Origin: Thermodesulfobacteriota bacterium
GTDB lineage: Bacteria; Desulfobacterota_D; UBA1144; Nemesobacterales; Nemesobacteraceae
Direction of reading: 5' to 3'
Assembly (NCBI GenBank): GCA_965197885.1
Contig: OZ240231.1
Location: 845,501-909,500, forward strand
DNA: 64,000 nucleotides
The position numbers and the translations under genes were made by a program. The number at the start of each line of letters is the position of its first letter. Within the stretch, counting starts at the first letter, position 1. The notes beneath the pieces are model-generated. The model was not told the origin of the DNA. It ran no database searches and saw only the letters and a program-made list of their open reading frames with translations. Shown here in pieces: positions 1 through 9,557 of this stretch.

Positions 1-186
1 GTTTTGATGCCACTTATCGGAAGCATTTACGGCAGGGGCAAGGAATACAGGTATCTGGCTGAGTCCACCGCCTCGTTTCCTCAGAGAAAGAATTTCATAC
101 GGCATCTTGAAAACGCGGGGTTTCGGGATTGCCGGTACTCAGAACTCACCATGGGGGTAGTAGCTCTTTATCGCGCAACCAGATAA
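1..186 (+). CDS. ubiE: 3' end (C-terminal ~61 codons) of demethylmenaquinone/ubiquinone methyltransferase UbiE/MenG; 5' truncated by window edge
   Basis: Translation ...IGSIYGRGKEYRYLAESTASFP...ENAGFRDCRYSELTMGVVALYRATR matches the conserved UbiE C-terminus (YRYLAES..., ...GVVALH/YRG/A..). Frame is open from nt 1. Confidence 0.7.
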   Translation, partial: VLMPLIGSIYGRGKEYRYLAESTASFPQRKNFIRHLENAGFRDCRYSELTMGVVALYRATR

Positions 187-216
187 TCAGCGGTTGTCGA
201 TTCTTCGTTCTAAGAG

Positions 217-861
217 CTACGGGTAAAGTCTGTTTATACTCCAGCCACCTTCGGGGGAAGGAAGGTATCTGAAACGGTCGTGAAGTCTGTTTTTCCTTCC
301 CTGCCAGAACTCAAATCGCAGAGGATTCACTATGTATCCTTTCCAGAAGTCGGGCCGCGCTATACTCTTCCCCTTCCATTTAAGCCGGAACTGGTCGGAT
401 TGCTCTTCAAGCAACCGCCTGTCCGTAAGAACTTCGCTCTGTTTCGAAACGCACGCTCCTATACGGCTTTGACGAGGTCTTGACGCAAAGTATTCGTCAG
501 CCTCCCCTTCGGGTAAAAGTGAAACTTCACCGTCCACTTTCACCTGCCTTTCAAATTCGGGCCACCAGAAACAAAGCGAAGCGACTGGGTTCTCAGCAAT
601 ATCCCGGCCTTTGCGGCTAAGGGAATTTGAATAGAAGGAAAAACCTCTTTCTTCGTAGCCCTTGAGAAGGACCACTCTTGAAGACGGAAAGCCTCCGGAT
701 CCAACAGTCGATAGAATAAAAGCGTTGGGAAAATCGACTTCGGCTTCTAGAACCTGTCTGTACCAGATGTCGAACTGAACAAAGGGGTTGTCGTCAAGAT
801 CTTTTCTCTCCAGTTTCAGTTTCAGGTACTGGCGTGAATTGAATCTATTTTTTTTCGACAT
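217..861 (-). CDS. pdxH: pyridoxamine/pyridoxine 5'-phosphate oxidase
   Basis: 214 aa. FMN-binding PNPOx fold motifs (LSTVGSGGFPSSRVVLLKGYEERGFSFYSN..., C-terminal WQGRKNRLHDRFRY) typical of PdxH. Confidence 0.85.
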   Translation of the reverse strand: MSKKNRFNSRQYLKLKLERKDLDDNPFVQFDIWYRQVLEAEVDFPNAFILSTVGSGGFPSSRVVLLKGYEERGFSFYSNSLSRKGRDIAENPVASLCFWWPEFERQVKVDGEVSLLPEGEADEYFASRPRQSRIGACVSKQSEVLTDRRLLEEQSDQFRLKWKGKSIARPDFWKGYIVNPLRFEFWQGRKNRLHDRFRYLPSPEGGWSINRLYP

Positions 862-862
862 T

Positions 863-1759
863 TTATCTCAAAACAATATCTTCAAGCGCGGAACCTAGGT
901 CTTCGTGTAAAAACTCGTAACCGCAGGAAAGAAGCTTCTCGGGGAAAACCATGCTGCCGGCAAGTACAGTGCAGCGACCCATCTCTCCCAAAAAAAGCCG
1001 TACGGCGAACGCGGGAACAGGAAGCCACGCAGGCCTTCGCAGAATCCGCGCAAGCGTTGCGGTAAATTCCCTGTTAGTAACCGGATTCGGGGATACGGCG
1101 TTAACGGGCCCCCTTACCTCCTCACGTTCCAGCAGATAAACAATTATCCGCGAAAGATCTTCTATCGAGATCCAGCTCAGGTACTGCTCACCACTTCCAA
1201 CGACTCCCCCAAGGCCTATCTTAAAGGGAAGCAGCAAAGAACTCAGCATGCCTCCTTTCGGGCTTAGAACAGGACCTATGCGCAGATTTATGACCCTTAC
1301 GCCAAAATCCGAAGCCTTGTTAGCCTCATTCTCCCACTCGCGGCAAGTATCGGGAAGAAACCCCGAACCGACCGCCGAGCGCTCAGTGAGTCTTTCTCCT
1401 CCTCTATCTCCATAATACCCGGTTGCCGAGGCGCAGATAAAAGTTTTAGGGGGATTACGGAGTCCCGAGAAAAGATTTACCAGGTAGCGGGTACTCTGTA
1501 TCCTGCTTTGCCGTATAGAACTCTTTTTCTTTTTGGTCCATCTGCCAATTATGTTCTCACCCGAGAGATGAACAACGGCGTCAAAACCCTCAAGCAGATC
1601 CGGGTTGTCGACACGGCCACCCCGTGGGTCCCAGAAAATCAGGCGCTCTCCCTCCGCGCGCGATCTTACTAGTCGCCATATTTCAGAGGAATTCGAAGAA
1701 ATGACGTTGAGAAGATGGCTTCCTACGGTTCCGGTAGATCCTGAGACAAGCATTCTCAT
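863..1759 (-). CDS. TIGR01777/YfcH-type NAD-dependent epimerase family protein (SDR39U1, DUF1731 C-terminal domain)
   Basis: 298 aa. N-terminal Rossmann GSTGTVGSHL. Length and C-terminal region are typical of the YfcH family. Confidence 0.7.
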   Translation of the reverse strand: MRMLVSGSTGTVGSHLLNVISSNSSEIWRLVRSRAEGERLIFWDPRGGRVDNPDLLEGFDAVVHLSGENIIGRWTKKKKSSIRQSRIQSTRYLVNLFSGLRNPPKTFICASATGYYGDRGGERLTERSAVGSGFLPDTCREWENEANKASDFGVRVINLRIGPVLSPKGGMLSSLLLPFKIGLGGVVGSGEQYLSWISIEDLSRIIVYLLEREEVRGPVNAVSPNPVTNREFTATLARILRRPAWLPVPAFAVRLFLGEMGRCTVLAGSMVFPEKLLSCGYEFLHEDLGSALEDIVLR

Positions 1760-1783
1760 GTTTCTGGCTGAAAAAACAGGCGC

Positions 1784-2800
1784 TCACGAGGCAAAAGCCG
1801 CGATCAGTCGCTCCTGATACTCTCTTACCTCCCTGAAATCGAGAAAATAATGCGGGGCGCTTAGCACCGGAAGGTCAATATATTCTCTGTACTCCTCCAC
1901 TTTCTCCCTGCAATGTTCCGCGTCCCCGACAACGGCAAACGCATCAACCATCTTATCGCTGACGCCTTTTATCATCGCGTGGACGTCCTTTTTGCGAAAA
2001 GCATCCCTTATACCTTCCACTTTTTCCGTAAAACCGTGAAGCCTGAAAGGAGGATCGTAAGCTTTTACCGTGGCGTAAAAGGCTACAGTCGCCCGGGCGG
2101 CTTCCCTTGCCTTTTCCCAGTCATCCGAGACAGCGCAGGTGATTATCGAGCACTTCATGAAATCCCCGTTTTTTCTCTCTTGTTTTTCCAATCCTTCCTT
2201 GAGCGAAGGTGAAACCACTTTTTTTATGTACTCAAGCGAACAGACAACATGTCCCATGTAACCGTCCGCGATTTCGGCCGCAGCGCGAACCATGTTGCCT
2301 CCTATACCGGCCACGAATATCGGTATATTTGTTCTGACAGGCTCAAAAGCTCTTTTGTATCCCCTTGTGTTTATACTGTAAAACTGCCCTTCAAAAGTAA
2401 TTTCCCTGCCCGTATGAACCCCGGATAGGATTTCCCTTATTAACCCCACGCATTCCCTTATTCTCGCAACCGGCCTGTCTCCGTAGAAAACACCGTGGAA
2501 ATTCTCATTTGTTCTCTTTGCTCCCGTACCAAGACCCAGTATCAGCCTCCCCGAGCTTATTTCGTCAAGATCAAGAGAAGTAATGGAAGTAATCAGCGGG
2601 CTTCTCACAAAGGCAAGAGCAACGGCGGTACCGAGTTTTATCTTAGAGGTAACGGGAGCAACAGCTGAGAGCTGCTGAAAGGGGGTTCTATAAAGTTCCG
2701 TGGCCCAGACGGAGTGAAAATTCGCTTTCTCCGCAGCAACCGCAAGATCTTTGAGTTCTTCGATTGACCCGGCATCAAGTACAAATCCGACTCTTTTCAT
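1784..2800 (-). CDS. LLM-class (luciferase-like) flavin/F420-dependent oxidoreductase
   Basis: 338 aa. TIM-barrel luciferase-like motifs (GRLILGLGTGAKRTNENFHG, FHSVWATE). Confidence 0.7.
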   Translation of the reverse strand: MKRVGFVLDAGSIEELKDLAVAAEKANFHSVWATELYRTPFQQLSAVAPVTSKIKLGTAVALAFVRSPLITSITSLDLDEISSGRLILGLGTGAKRTNENFHGVFYGDRPVARIRECVGLIREILSGVHTGREITFEGQFYSINTRGYKRAFEPVRTNIPIFVAGIGGNMVRAAAEIADGYMGHVVCSLEYIKKVVSPSLKEGLEKQERKNGDFMKCSIITCAVSDDWEKAREAARATVAFYATVKAYDPPFRLHGFTEKVEGIRDAFRKKDVHAMIKGVSDKMVDAFAVVGDAEHCREKVEEYREYIDLPVLSAPHYFLDFREVREYQERLIAAFAS

Positions 2801-2899
2801 CAGATCTATTATAAATAATAGGGAGGCCGGAAAAAACCCTCTCAGACTGCGCAGGGGAAAAAACGGAGGAATTTCTGATAAAAGTGAACGGGAGGAACT

Positions 2900-3478
2900 T
2901 TAATCCCCGGTCTTTTCGGAAGAATCGGCTTTCTCTTCCGGTTCTGGGGACTCAGCTTCGGCTACCGGGGCTTCACCCTGTTCGTCCATCTGGTCTTTGG
3001 TGGCTTCCTCTTCCTCGACAAGACCAAGTTCTTCTGCGGATTTTTTCTTCGAACTTTTCCTCGGCGCACTCTCTGTCTTCGCCTTGGGCTTTGCCTTTCG
3101 CCTTTTTCTCTTGGCTTTGTACTCTTCGGTCACAAGCTCAATAAGAGAAACAGGGGCATTATCTCCTCTTCTGTAACCAAGCTTTACTATTCTTGTGTAA
3201 CCGCCAGGACGCTCCATATACCTCTGGGCAAGTTCGGAGAAAAGTTTCTCCACAACCAAACGATCCCTTATATAACCCAGAGCTTTTCTTCTCGCGTGAA
3301 GACTGCCGTTTTTACCAAGAGTTACGAGCTTCTCTACAACCCTTCTTATTTCTTTGGCTCTTGTGTCCGTTGTGTTTATTTTGCCGTTACGCAAAAGGTC
3401 GGTAGCCATGTTGCGGAACATGGCCTTTCTGTGCTTCGTTGTAACTCCCAGTTTTCTTCCCGATTTTCTGTGTCGCAT
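2900..3478 (-). CDS. rplQ: 50S ribosomal protein L17 with ~75-aa low-complexity K/E/A-rich C-terminal tail
   Basis: N-terminal [43 protein letters not shown] is canonical bL17. Last gene of the alpha operon, after rpoA. Confidence 0.95.
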   Translation of the reverse strand: MRHRKSGRKLGVTTKHRKAMFRNMATDLLRNGKINTTDTRAKEIRRVVEKLVTLGKNGSLHARRKALGYIRDRLVVEKLFSELAQRYMERPGGYTRIVKLGYRRGDNAPVSLIELVTEEYKAKRKRRKAKPKAKTESAPRKSSKKKSAEELGLVEEEEATKDQMDEQGEAPVAEAESPEPEEKADSSEKTGD

Positions 3479-3502
3479 CTTTTTACCGTGTACGGACCTT
3501 GA

Positions 3503-4552
3503 TTACTGTTCAACACTCTCAGAACTCCGCTTCTCCTTTTCCTTCTCAAAAACCTCAGTATCTATAACCATCCCGAGGCTCAAGCCCATTTCCTTGAGTC
3601 TTTCACTGACTTCCTCAAGTGAGGTTTTTCCGAAATTTTCAAGATCGAGAAGCTGCTGTTCCGTCTTCTGAACCACTTCTCCGATGTATTTTATTTCTGC
3701 TTTCTTAAGACAGTTTATAGACCTTACAGACAGTTCCACATCCTCTATGGGGATAAAAAGCTTATCGTCGGTTCCGCTTATACCCATGGACTCTTCCTCT
3801 TCAATCTTGTCTACGAGTTCCTCATCAAAATCAATGAAGACGTTTAGCTGCTGCTTGATAATCTTTGCACTGTAAGCAAGCGCCTCTTCGGGAAGAATCG
3901 TGCCGTTTGTCCATATTTCAATGGTCAGTTTCTGATAATCGGTTCTTTGTCCCACCCTGGCGTTGGTAACCGTGTAGTTAACTTTCTTAACGGGAGAAAA
4001 GAACGCGTCAACATGTATCAAACCTATTGACTTATGGGTCTCTCTTTTCGATACCGGCTCGTAGCCGCTTCCCATCTTCACGGTGAGTTCCATTTCAAGC
4101 TTTGCTACATCCGCTAAAGTCGCTATATGCTGTTCGCCGTTAACCACTTCCACCATGTGGGTCGTAGCTATGTCGGACGCCTTGACTTCTCCCGGACCCT
4201 CCGCGCTCAGAGTTATTGTTTGCGGGTCGTAGGTATGCATTTTGAGATCCACGTTTTTTAGGTTCAGGATGATCTCTGTAACATCTTCCATAACTCCCGG
4301 TATGGTAGAGAACTCATGCGATACCCCGTCTATTACAGCGGCAGTAATCGCAGGACCCTGTATTGAAGAAAGAAGAACCCTTCTAACTGCGTTGCCAAGT
4401 GTAACGCCGTAACCCGGTTCCAGAGGTTCACAGATAAATTTGCCGTAGAAAGGAGTTGATACCTGCTCGTCTTTTTCAAGCGCTTTTGGATATTGTAAAT
4501 CTCTCCAGTTTTTCTGAAAATTCTCCAAATTTAATCCCTCCGTCTGTGCCAA
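3503..4552 (-). CDS. rpoA: DNA-directed RNA polymerase alpha subunit
   Basis: 349 aa. Contains the LGNAVRRVLLSSIQGPAITAAVIDGVSHEFSTIPGV motif. Lies between rpsD and rplQ. Confidence 0.97.
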   Translation of the reverse strand: MAQTEGLNLENFQKNWRDLQYPKALEKDEQVSTPFYGKFICEPLEPGYGVTLGNAVRRVLLSSIQGPAITAAVIDGVSHEFSTIPGVMEDVTEIILNLKNVDLKMHTYDPQTITLSAEGPGEVKASDIATTHMVEVVNGEQHIATLADVAKLEMELTVKMGSGYEPVSKRETHKSIGLIHVDAFFSPVKKVNYTVTNARVGQRTDYQKLTIEIWTNGTILPEEALAYSAKIIKQQLNVFIDFDEELVDKIEEEESMGISGTDDKLFIPIEDVELSVRSINCLKKAEIKYIGEVVQKTEQQLLDLENFGKTSLEEVSERLKEMGLSLGMVIDTEVFEKEKEKRSSESVEQ

Positions 4553-4558
4553 GCTTTT

Positions 4559-5197
4559 TTAAACCCTTGAGTAGAACTCAACAATTAACTGTTCATCTAT
4601 TGGAACCGTCACGTCCTCTCTCTCGGGAAGCTTGGTTACAATTCCGCTGTAATTGTCCCTGTCAAGTTCAAGCCACTGGGGAAAACCCCTTCTCTCAAGG
4701 CCTTCAAGAGACTGGTTTACATGCGGGTTGTTCCTGGTTTTTGCTTTGATCTCTATTTTGTTCCCCTGCTCCACGCTGAAAGAGGGAATGTCGACTCTTC
4801 TGCCGTCCACAAGAACATGTCCAAGCCAAACCAAGTGCCTGGCCTCGTTCCGCGAACTTGCAAACCCAAGCTTGTAGACCACGTTGTCAAGCCTTCTCTC
4901 AAGAAGCAATATGAGCATGGCACCAGTCACTCCGCTTCTCCTGGCCGCCTCAGCAAAACAACGGCTGAACTGCTCTTCGGTCAGCCCGTAAATACGCTTA
5001 ACTTTCTGCTTTTCCCTCAACCTTATTCCGTAGTCGGAGAACTTGGAACGGCCTATCGAGGCCCCGTGAACTCCAGGTCCACGGTTAGGTCTTTTCTGGA
5101 TGGCGCACTTTGACGTATAACATCTAGCGCCCTTAAGAAAAAGCTGCTCGCCCTCTCTCCTGCAAAGCTTACATGATGGTCCTCTATACCTAGCCAA
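4559..5197 (-). CDS. rpsD: 30S ribosomal protein S4
   Basis: MARYRGPSCKLCRREGEQLFLKGARCYTSKCA N-terminus. 212 aa. Confidence 0.97.
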   Translation of the reverse strand: MARYRGPSCKLCRREGEQLFLKGARCYTSKCAIQKRPNRGPGVHGASIGRSKFSDYGIRLREKQKVKRIYGLTEEQFSRCFAEAARRSGVTGAMLILLLERRLDNVVYKLGFASSRNEARHLVWLGHVLVDGRRVDIPSFSVEQGNKIEIKAKTRNNPHVNQSLEGLERRGFPQWLELDRDNYSGIVTKLPEREDVTVPIDEQLIVEFYSRV

Positions 5198-5248
5198 TTA
5201 CTTTTTTCCTCCTCGCAAACAACATGAACATGGCTTCTCCCATAATGC

Positions 5249-5641
5249 CTACACTCTTCTCCTTCCTGGAGGTCTGCAACCGTTATGGGGAATCGGGGTA
5301 ACATCCTTTATCATCATAACTTTCACTCCCGCGGCCTGGACGGCTCTTATTGCCGGCTCCCTTCCCGGACCTGGGCCGCTCACGTAAACATTAGCAGACT
5401 TTAGTCCAAAGGTCTTTGCCTTTTTTGACGCGTCATCCGCCGCCACCTGGGCCGCAAACGGTGTCCCCTTTCTCGTCCCCTTAAACCCCCTGTTGCCACC
5501 GCTTGACCAAGCTATGACGTCTCCCTTCATATCACTGATCGTGATTATCGTGTTGTTAAAAGTAGCCTGTATGTTGACCACTCCATGTTCAACGAATTTC
5601 TTTGTTTTCTTCTTGGTGAATTTCTTCTTGCTCATTTGCAA
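5249..5641 (-). CDS. rpsK: 30S ribosomal protein S11
   Basis: Contains [27 protein letters not shown]. 130 aa. Confidence 0.97.
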   Translation of the reverse strand: MQMSKKKFTKKKTKKFVEHGVVNIQATFNNTIITISDMKGDVIAWSSGGNRGFKGTRKGTPFAAQVAADDASKKAKTFGLKSANVYVSGPGPGREPAIRAVQAAGVKVMMIKDVTPIPHNGCRPPGRRRV

Positions 5642-5650
5642 AGACCCTTC

Positions 5651-6031
5651 TTATTTACCAGTTTTTTTCCTCTTCGCTATCGCAGTACCCCTGCGACCTT
5701 TTCTAGTTCTCGCGTTTGACTTGGTTTTCTGTCCCCTCACCGGAAGTCCTATTCGGTGTCTCAGGCCCCTGTAGCACCCTATCTCTATGAGGCGCTTTAT
5801 GTTGAGCTGAACCTCGTTTCTCAGGTCTCCCTCAACTGTGTACTCGCCTTCAATTATCGTCCGAAGTTTCGTTACTTCCTGATCGTCAAGATCTCTGGAC
5901 TTCTTGTTTACGTCTATACCGGCTTTGGTAAGTATGACGTTTGAAGTCACCCTACCTATACCGTATATATACGTAAGACCTACCTCCACTCTTTTGTTAA
6001 GCGGTATGTCAACCCCTGCTATTCTAGGCAT
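5651..6031 (-). CDS. rpsM: 30S ribosomal protein S13
   Basis: N-terminus [26 protein letters not shown]. 126 aa. Confidence 0.97.
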   Translation of the reverse strand: MPRIAGVDIPLNKRVEVGLTYIYGIGRVTSNVILTKAGIDVNKKSRDLDDQEVTKLRTIIEGEYTVEGDLRNEVQLNIKRLIEIGCYRGLRHRIGLPVRGQKTKSNARTRKGRRGTAIAKRKKTGK

Positions 6032-6052
6032 TAAGGCCTGTCCTCCTGCGCA

Positions 6053-6166
6053 CTATCCTTGTCTCTGCTTGTGCCTTTTGTTAACACAGATCACCCGCAC
6101 GACCCCTTTGCGCTTGATGATCTTGCACTTGTCACATATTTTTTTTACTGATGCCCTCGTTTTCAA
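6053..6166 (-). CDS. rpmJ: 50S ribosomal protein L36, 37 aa, with a TTG start codon inside the longer M-started ORF
   Basis: C-terminal 37 aa (L)[36 protein letters not shown] is bL36. The homologous start position holds a TTG (minus-strand codons aag TTG aaa acg) preceded by ggaagc. The upstream ATG would add 26 non-homologous residues. Confidence 0.8.
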   Translation of the reverse strand: MKTRASVKKICDKCKIIKRKGVVRVICVNKRHKQRQG

Positions 6167-6185
6167 CTTGCTTCCGCCCCTGTCT

Positions 6186-6407
6186 TCACTTTTTGAGTCT
6201 GTAGGTGATTCTTCCCTTTGTAAGATCGTAGGGAGATATCTCAAGCTTTACCCTGTCTCCAGGAAGTATCCTTATGAACCTAGTTCTCATTTTGCCGGAG
6301 ACATAGGCCAGCACCTCGTGATTGTTCTCTATTTCGACCATAAACATCGCGTTGGGCAAAGCTTTCTTTATAGTTCCTTCAAACTCTATTTTTTCTTCTT
6401 TCTCCAT
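6186..6407 (-). CDS. infA: translation initiation factor IF-1
   Basis: 73 aa. S1-like IF-1 sequence, [33 protein letters not shown]. Confidence 0.97.
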   Translation of the reverse strand: MEKEEKIEFEGTIKKALPNAMFMVEIENNHEVLAYVSGKMRTRFIRILPGDRVKLEISPYDLTKGRITYRLKK

Positions 6408-6419
6408 TACCTGTTGTTC

Positions 6420-7184
6420 CTAGTGAATCCTTTCGGTAAGAATCTCAGGGCCGTTATCCGTGAGAGCCACCGTATGCTCAAAATGAGCGGAAAGTTTACC
6501 ATCATAAGTAACCGCCGTCCACCCATCTTTAAGTATCTTTGTTTTCTCCGACCCCTCGTTCACCATGGGTTCTATGGCCATTACCATTCCAGAGCGAAGC
6601 TTTACTCCTCTTCCCGCGCCATTGCGGGGAATAAAATTTGGCACCTGTGGTTCCTCATGGAGTTCCCGGCCTATGCCGTGGCCGACAAAATCCCTGACTA
6701 TCGAAAAACCCTCGCTTTCAACGTAAGTCTGTATCTCTTTTGATATGTCCATAACTCTGTTTGAGCCTGTCACCATATCTATCCCCTTGTAGAGGGAATT
6801 TCTGGTAACCCGCAGCAGCCTCTGCGCAACGGGCCGGATCTCACCAATTGCGACCGTTATTGCCGAGTCGGCGTAATAACCGTCGAGCACCACTCCGAAA
6901 TCTATTCCCACTATGTCTCCATCCCTAAGCACTTTTTTCTTCGAGGGAATACCGTGCACTACCTCTTCGTTAAGCGCAAAGCACACCGATGCGGGGTAAT
7001 TCGCATAACCCTTAAAAGCGGCTTTAAAGCCTCCCGCCGCGCACATTCTCTCCGCGATCTCATTAAGCTCCCAAGTGGTCACTCCTTCCTTTGCCTCTTC
7101 TTCAAGTCTCTTGAGCACTTCGGAAACCACCCTGCCAGCAGCCCTCATACGTTTGAGCTCTTCTTTGTTTTTCAAGCGAATCAT
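6420..7184 (-). CDS. map: type I methionine aminopeptidase
   Basis: 254 aa. Pita-bread fold metal-ligand motifs (HGIP, FVGHGIG, VMAIEPMVN). Confidence 0.95.
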   Translation of the reverse strand: MIRLKNKEELKRMRAAGRVVSEVLKRLEEEAKEGVTTWELNEIAERMCAAGGFKAAFKGYANYPASVCFALNEEVVHGIPSKKKVLRDGDIVGIDFGVVLDGYYADSAITVAIGEIRPVAQRLLRVTRNSLYKGIDMVTGSNRVMDISKEIQTYVESEGFSIVRDFVGHGIGRELHEEPQVPNFIPRNGAGRGVKLRSGMVMAIEPMVNEGSEKTKILKDGWTAVTYDGKLSAHFEHTVALTDNGPEILTERIH

Positions 7185-7750
7185 TACTGCAACTGTTTCA
7201 GCACGCCGTCTACTCTCTCGGCGATATCCGATATCTCTCCCACTCCTTCGACCGTACGCAGGACACCGGCCTTTCCGTAAAAATCCTTAAGAGGAGAGGT
7301 CTGATCCTTGTAAACTCTCAGCCTATTCTTTATCACATCCTCCGTGTCGTCCTGCCTGCCCTCTATTTCCTGGCGTTTAATTATTCGCTGCACAACCTCT
7401 TCGTCGGGAACTTCAAGAAAAATAACCGCGTTAACGCCAATTCCGGCAGCGGAGAGAATACTGTCAAGAGATCTTGCCTGCTCCAGAGTCCTCGGGAAAC
7501 CGTCAAGCATAAAACCTCCCTCGCCAAGCCCGGAGATCTTCAGTCTTATTATTTCCGTCACGACTTCATCGGGTACGAGTTCTCCTTTGTCCATAAACGA
7601 TTTTGCGTAAAGTCCAATCTCGGTCTCATTTTTTATGGCTTCACGCAGCACGTTTCCAGTTGATATATGCTCAACTCCGTATTTCTCCCTTATGAAATCA
7701 GCCTGCGTTCCCTTTCCCGCCCCGGGCGGCCCGAACAGTATCAGTCTCAT
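7184..7750 (-). CDS. adk: adenylate kinase (short form, no zinc lid)
   Basis: MRLILFGPPGAGKGTQA P-loop. 188 aa. Sits at the expected spc-operon position after secY. Confidence 0.95.
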   Translation of the reverse strand: MRLILFGPPGAGKGTQADFIREKYGVEHISTGNVLREAIKNETEIGLYAKSFMDKGELVPDEVVTEIIRLKISGLGEGGFMLDGFPRTLEQARSLDSILSAAGIGVNAVIFLEVPDEEVVQRIIKRQEIEGRQDDTEDVIKNRLRVYKDQTSPLKDFYGKAGVLRTVEGVGEISDIAERVDGVLKQLQ

Positions 7751-7773
7751 AGTCTCCGGTATCCTCCTTTTCC

Positions 7774-9102
7774 TCAGAACCTGTATCTCTGCGGTTCTTT
7801 CATACCCCTCTTCTTCATAAAGCCTTCATAACTGTGAGTTATCAGAAAAGACTCGATCTGCTGCATGAAATCAAGCGTTACCCCTATTACGATCAGAAGC
7901 GACACGCCTCCGAAGTAAAACGGCAGATTAAAAGGTTCTCTCTCAAGAAACACCGGCAGGACGCAGACCGCCGCCACGTATATAGCCCCTATGAACGTAA
8001 TTTTCCCGAGCACACTGCCTATGTATTCCGATGTCTTTCTGCCCGGCCTTATCCCCGGTATGTTTCCGCCGTTTTTCCTCAGGTTGTCCGAGAGATCGTC
8101 CGGGTCGTATATGATTGAAGTATAGAAAAAAGCGAAGAATATTATGAGTATGGCAAAAATAAGGTTGTATACGAACACGTTCTGAAACACAAGGTCTGAG
8201 AAGCTGCGAAGAGCTGGAAGATCGGCAAACGTAACGATCGTAGCGGGGAAAATAAGGAGCGAAGAGGCGAAAATCGGCGGGATGACGCCCGAAGGATTAG
8301 TTTTAAGCGGCAGGTGAGAACTCTGCCCTCCCATAACCTTCCTTCCCACGACTCTCCTGGGGTACTGAACCGGTATTTTTCTGTAGGAACGCTCAAAGAA
8401 AACTATAAGACCCATAAGAAGCCCTAGGAAAATAAAAATAAGAAGAACTCCGAGAATAGAAATGTTCCCGGTGCCGACAAGCCTCGAGAGGTTCCAGAAC
8501 GCCCCTGGAATACTGGCGATTATCGACGCGGCGATAAGAAGAGACATCCCGTTTCCGATTCCGTTCTCGGTTATCTGCTCTCCAAGCCACATAACGAAGA
8601 GTCCTCCCGCGGTAAGGGTAAGAACAGCTGTGATCTTGAACATCAGTCCGGGGTCCATAACGGCGCTTGCAACGGTCGCTGCGCCTACTCCTCCACGCTC
8701 AAGGGTAACGGCCAGCATAAAGCCCTGAATGAGACATATAAGAACGGTACCGTACCTTGTGTACTGATTTATTCTTCTCCTTCCGGCATCACCCTCCTTC
8801 TGCATTGCTTCAAGTGAAGGGAAGGCTTTTACCAGAAGCGACATGATGATTGACGCAGTAATATAAGGCATCACTCCCAAGGCGAAAATCGACGCCTGTT
8901 CAAGCGCTCCCCCTGAGAACATGTTGAGTATGTCGAAGATCGTGCCGCGGGTCTGCTCGAACATCTTGGCGATCTGATCCGGGTCGATTCCAGGAATCGG
9001 AACGAAAACACCCGCCCTGTAAACAACAAGCATCGCGGCCGTAAAAAGAAGCTTCCTGTTAAGTTCGGGAATTCTGGGAAGTGACGCGACGTTACTGCTC
9101 AT
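7774..9102 (-). CDS. secY: preprotein translocase subunit SecY
   Basis: 442 aa. 10 predicted TM segments. Conserved SecY motifs (GIMPYITASII, GTGNISILG). Confidence 0.97.
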   Translation of the reverse strand: MSSNVASLPRIPELNRKLLFTAAMLVVYRAGVFVPIPGIDPDQIAKMFEQTRGTIFDILNMFSGGALEQASIFALGVMPYITASIIMSLLVKAFPSLEAMQKEGDAGRRRINQYTRYGTVLICLIQGFMLAVTLERGGVGAATVASAVMDPGLMFKITAVLTLTAGGLFVMWLGEQITENGIGNGMSLLIAASIIASIPGAFWNLSRLVGTGNISILGVLLIFIFLGLLMGLIVFFERSYRKIPVQYPRRVVGRKVMGGQSSHLPLKTNPSGVIPPIFASSLLIFPATIVTFADLPALRSFSDLVFQNVFVYNLIFAILIIFFAFFYTSIIYDPDDLSDNLRKNGGNIPGIRPGRKTSEYIGSVLGKITFIGAIYVAAVCVLPVFLEREPFNLPFYFGGVSLLIVIGVTLDFMQQIESFLITHSYEGFMKKRGMKEPQRYRF

Positions 9103-9542
9103 ACTATTTCCACTTTGCCTCCAGCGTCGCTTATCTTGCGCGCGGCCACCTCGCTGCAGGCATTAACCGTTATGGAAAGCGGCGCAGTGACCTGCCCGGT
9201 AGCCAAAAGCTTTACGGGCTTCTTGCCGCTCACTATTCCAGCCTCGGCAAGCGCCTGGATCGTCACCGATCCCGCGTCCGTGAAGCGCTCAAGATCCTTT
9301 AAGTTCACTATGTCGTACTGTTTTTTGAATATGTTCGTAAAACCCCTCTTCGGGCTTCTCATTTTGAGTGGAGTCTGACCGCCTTCAAACCACCGGGATA
9401 CCCCTCCCCCTGAACGGGACCCCTGGCCCTTATGCCCCCTTCCGCTGGTCTTCCCCTGAGAACCAGCGCCTCTTCCTACCCTTTTTCTTTTTGCCTTCGA
9501 TCCCTTAGTTGGTGAAAGTTCGTTTAACATTTTCCGCTCCAC
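9099..9542 (-). CDS. rplO: 50S ribosomal protein L15
   Basis: 147 aa. Gly/Arg-rich N-terminus KRVGRGAGSQGKTSGRGHKGQ. Start overlaps the secY stop. Confidence 0.95.
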   Translation of the reverse strand: MERKMLNELSPTKGSKAKRKRVGRGAGSQGKTSGRGHKGQGSRSGGGVSRWFEGGQTPLKMRSPKRGFTNIFKKQYDIVNLKDLERFTDAGSVTIQALAEAGIVSGKKPVKLLATGQVTAPLSITVNACSEVAARKISDAGGKVEIV

Positions 9543-9557
9543 TGCTAAGCGCGTGGC

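Noticed and set aside
4-186. Treating the first ORF as a complete 60-aa gene
   Set aside because: The frame is open from nt 1 and the translation matches only the C-terminus of UbiE. It is a window-truncated gene, not a small protein.
2801-2899. Possible intrinsic terminator after rplQ (U-runs on the minus strand around 2832-2863)
   Set aside because: The potential stem (CCCU...AGGG around a CTGCGCAG palindrome) is only 3-4 bp. Too weak to call without folding energies.
5904-6743. 279-aa plus-strand ORF spanning rpsM-rpmJ-infA-map
   Set aside because: Antisense to four well-supported genes. The translation is hydrophobic low-complexity with no motif.
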